IMG/VR virus record: IMGVR_UViG_3300017752_004703
Location: 1 to 60,927 of that record
From: a virus
Lineage: Duplodnaviria > Caudoviricetes
Direction: 5' to 3' (one strand)
Length of the DNA: 60,927 bases
The position numbers and the translations under genes are program-made. Positions 58,418-60,927 of this stretch are shown one piece after another; the first letter of the stretch is position 1; each line of letters opens with the position of its first letter. Under the pieces are notes generated by a model. That model worked only from the letters and a program-made list of their open reading frames with translations, was not told where the DNA came from and did not search any database.

Positions 58418-58936
58418 ATGAATTTATATACAATATATGACTCCAATAATCAACAAGCTATATCCAAGGATCGACCTTGGCCTACTGCTGACGGAGTTAC
58501 TATACCAGATATGGAAGAGGGTATCTATATACTACTTCAGGTCACAGAAGCTAAACCTTTGCATGATCCTGCTACGCAAAAACTTAAAAGACTCCCTGTT
58601 AGTTATGATATAGCAAACAAAACAGCGACAATAAAAAGCTGGGAGGTTGTTGAATTAACGCAAGAAGAGATTGACGCTAGGCTTCCTGCTCATGTTGACA
58701 TTGGAGGTATTAAGTATGATGTTTCAGAGCAAGCTCAGAATGCCTTTACTCGCATGACTAGTCTGATAGATCATGCAGGGATGGATTTAACGGACGAGGT
58801 TTCTGTTAAAGATATATTTGGTGTTAGTCATGCAATCACCGTCGAGGCGTATAATTCAGACATGATTCAATATGGTCTTTATTGCTATTCCTTGTTTTTT
58901 GTAGAGCCAGAGCCAGTTGATCCAGACATGATTTAA
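58418..58936 (+). CDS. Putative fibre-associated/chaperone protein
   Basis: PLHDPATQKL..WEVVELTQEEI pattern; located between fibre genes. Confidence 0.6.
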   Translation: MNLYTIYDSNNQQAISKDRPWPTADGVTIPDMEEGIYILLQVTEAKPLHDPATQKLKRLPVSYDIANKTATIKSWEVVELTQEEIDARLPAHVDIGGIKYDVSEQAQNAFTRMTSLIDHAGMDLTDEVSVKDIFGVSHAITVEAYNSDMIQYGLYCYSLFFVEPEPVDPDMI

Positions 58937-60927
58937 TGGACATAATCAATCCATATATCCACGGAGGCGAGTCTGTAGCATTTGACGGCTTTGGTAATCG
59001 AAGCCGTAGCTTTAATGGTGTTGATGATTATATTGATTGGGGCGATAGGGATGACTTTAGCTTTGGTGATAGTAGTAATGATTCTCCTTTTTCAATTTCT
59101 ATATGGTGTAAGCCAAATGACTTGTATAAGTTTAGGATGCTTAACAAGTATATAGACCCTACAAATAAAGAATGGCTATTTAATTTTAACACAACCGATC
59201 AAATTACTTTTTTTATATATGATCAAAGGTCTTTTGCTAGAAGGGGTGGTGCTACTCCAGCATTGAGTTCACTGCAGGGAACTTGGATACATTGCGTAGC
59301 CACTTACGATGGCAGGGGTGGGGCAAATGCTCATGAAGGCATTAAGATTTATGTAAATGGTGTTTCTCAAACGATTACCAGTAATAATGCAGGTAATTAT
59401 ACTGCAATGCACAATACAAATTGTGCCATGACTACACATGCAGATACAAATAAATACACGGATGGTAAATTGGCAGACATTAGACTGTATAATTCCGAGC
59501 TATCATCTACAGACATCTCCGACCTATACAACGGAACTAACCTCACTACAAACCTAGTAGGTCACTGGCTCAAGGATACAGATGACGTTTTAGATCATTC
59601 TGTTAATTCTAACAATGGTGAAAACTTCGGTAGTATATTCTCACCCGATAACCCATCACCAGCGGTAGAATTTGGAAGGGCTTCACGTAGCTTTGATGGT
59701 GTTAATGATTATATTGATTTAGGTGATAGTGATGACTTTAGCTTTGGTGATGGAAGTAATGATTCACCATTTTCTGTTAGTGCTTGGATAAAAATGGAGA
59801 ATCATATAAAGTTCCGTGTAATTGGTAAATACAAAGACCAAACACCAGATGAAAGAGAATGGCTTTTTTCTACTGATTCATCGGGAAGGTTGATGATTTT
59901 TCTTTCTGATAATATTAATGGTGGTAGTATAAACAGAAGATATTCTGACACAACCATAATGGCAAGTTACGTTGGACAATGGATACATGTTGTAGCGACT
60001 TATGATGGTAGCGGAAGCGACAGCGGTATTAAATTATATATAAATGCGAGTAGGGTGGATGATATCTCACAGTCATCTGGTAATTACACTTCAATGGTAA
60101 ACACAGGTGAGCCTTGCAAAATTGGCACTACTATAGTTAGCACAGGCGCAAATTACACTGAAGGTAATATTGCAGACGTAAGGATATATAACACTGATAT
60201 ATCTTCCTCAGATGTAACCGATTTATACGCTGGAACTAACGTAACCACTAACCTAGTAGGGCGTTGGATAACAGACAACGATGACGTAGAAGATAAGGCT
60301 GGGATAAATGACGGAACTAACTTCGGATCAACTTACTCGTATGATGCCCCATTTCCAGTCGACAAATTAATAGACACTTACGCAAGTGCTTGTGGTGCTT
60401 ACTCACTCAGAGAGCTAACGACTGCTTGGGCTGGTCAACCAGTTGTAGAAGTAAGAAGAATCTTTGATGGAGCGTATAGTGATTTTACAGCATCGGAAAT
60501 AACCGACGGTACGCTGGCTACTTGGTGTCAAGGTACATCAGCTTTTGTTCGTACTTGGTATGATCAAAGCGGTAATGGTATAGATGTAACACAAACCACA
60601 GAAGCCAACCAACCAAGAATTGCTACCAATGGTGTTGTTGAATCAGATAACGGAAAGCCAGCAATAAATTTTGATACAACTGGGGCAGGGTTTAGTAACA
60701 CTGGAAGCTTTGATTATGAAGGTGGTGTTTCTTGGTATGCAGTCACACATACAACAGTCAATAGTAGCCAAGATCGTGTTTGGTGTGATGATAAAATTGG
60801 CGAGCAAGGGTTTGTTATATTTTATACAAGTGGATTATATTTTTTAAATGATGGTGCTGGCTATATAAACCATACAGCAAGCGGTGCAACTACAAACAAG
60901 CAATTAAGATCGTATAACTTCGATGAG
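58936..60927 (+). CDS. Tandem LamG/concanavalin-like lectin protein, 3'-truncated, not in ORF track
   Basis: TAATG overlap and an open frame of 664 codons to the window end. Two LamG-like units (SFxGVxDYID..WIHxVATYDG..ADxRxYN) are followed by AYSLR..WYDQSGNG. Confidence 0.88.
   Translation, partial: MDIINPYIHGGESVAFDGFGNRSRSFNGVDDYIDWGDRDDFSFGDSSNDSPFSISIWCKPNDLYKFRMLNKYIDPTNKEWLFNFNTTDQITFFIYDQRSFARRGGATPALSSLQGTWIHCVATYDGRGGANAHEGIKIYVNGVSQTITSNNAGNYTAMHNTNCAMTTHADTNKYTDGKLADIRLYNSELSSTDISDLYNGTNLTTNLVGHWLKDTDDVLDHSVNSNNGENFGSIFSPDNPSPAVEFGRASRSFDGVNDYIDLGDSDDFSFGDGSNDSPFSVSAWIKMENHIKFRVIGKYKDQTPDEREWLFSTDSSGRLMIFLSDNINGGSINRRYSDTTIMASYVGQWIHVVATYDGSGSDSGIKLYINASRVDDISQSSGNYTSMVNTGEPCKIGTTIVSTGANYTEGNIADVRIYNTDISSSDVTDLYAGTNVTTNLVGRWITDNDDVEDKAGINDGTNFGSTYSYDAPFPVDKLIDTYASACGAYSLRELTTAWAGQPVVEVRRIFDGAYSDFTASEITDGTLATWCQGTSAFVRTWYDQSGNGIDVTQTTEANQPRIATNGVVESDNGKPAINFDTTGAGFSNTGSFDYEGGVSWYAVTHTTVNSSQDRVWCDDKIGEQGFVIFYTSGLYFLNDGAGYINHTASGATTNKQLRSYNFDE

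Noticed and set aside
59005-59765. Near-identical LamG starts as a diversity-generating retroelement template/variable pair
   Set aside because: Mismatches are not confined to adenines of one copy, both copies are in-frame coding, and no reverse transcriptase is in the window.
1-60927. Alternative genetic code or cellular origin
   Set aside because: Genes are intact under code 11 with all three stop codons used. The tail module, gene density and absence of housekeeping operons indicate a phage.

Overview
This window looks like part of a large, AT-rich tailed dsDNA phage genome using the standard genetic code. It has a lambda-type L-K-I-J tail-tip module, so it is probably a siphovirus; the host cannot be determined from the sequence. 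In order it contains: two very large BspA/LRR_5 proteins, one with an apparent duplicated tail-tube fold at its N-terminus (1-6416); a minus-strand block with a dNMP kinase-like protein, sigma factor, SSB, glycosyltransferase and Hsp20; a class Id-type ribonucleotide reductase; a glycan-modification cluster ending in gmd; a replication block (RecA, DnaB, primase, RecB/Cas4-like nuclease, DNA polymerase III alpha split into PHP, DEDDh exonuclease and core genes, and a Clp ATPase); more glycosyltransferases and ssDNA-binding proteins; the tail-tip operon (gpL carries a 1-nt frameshift); a fibre/adhesin region with three cassette-like LRR paralogues; a second sulfotransferase cluster; and collagen-like and LamG proteins. 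The leading hypothesis for an undescribed system is that the phage glycosylates and sulfates its own virion: about 12 glycan-modifying genes co-occur with structural proteins that appear enriched in Ser-Gly/Thr-Gly, including a (SG)6 tract. Three promoter classes are also visible (sigma70-like and near-leaderless, one sigma54 site, and a recurrent GTGTA motif 14-18 nt before ATG). No tRNA, rRNA, CRISPR array, integrase or reverse transcriptase was seen. All family assignments come from motif recognition by eye, not database searches.
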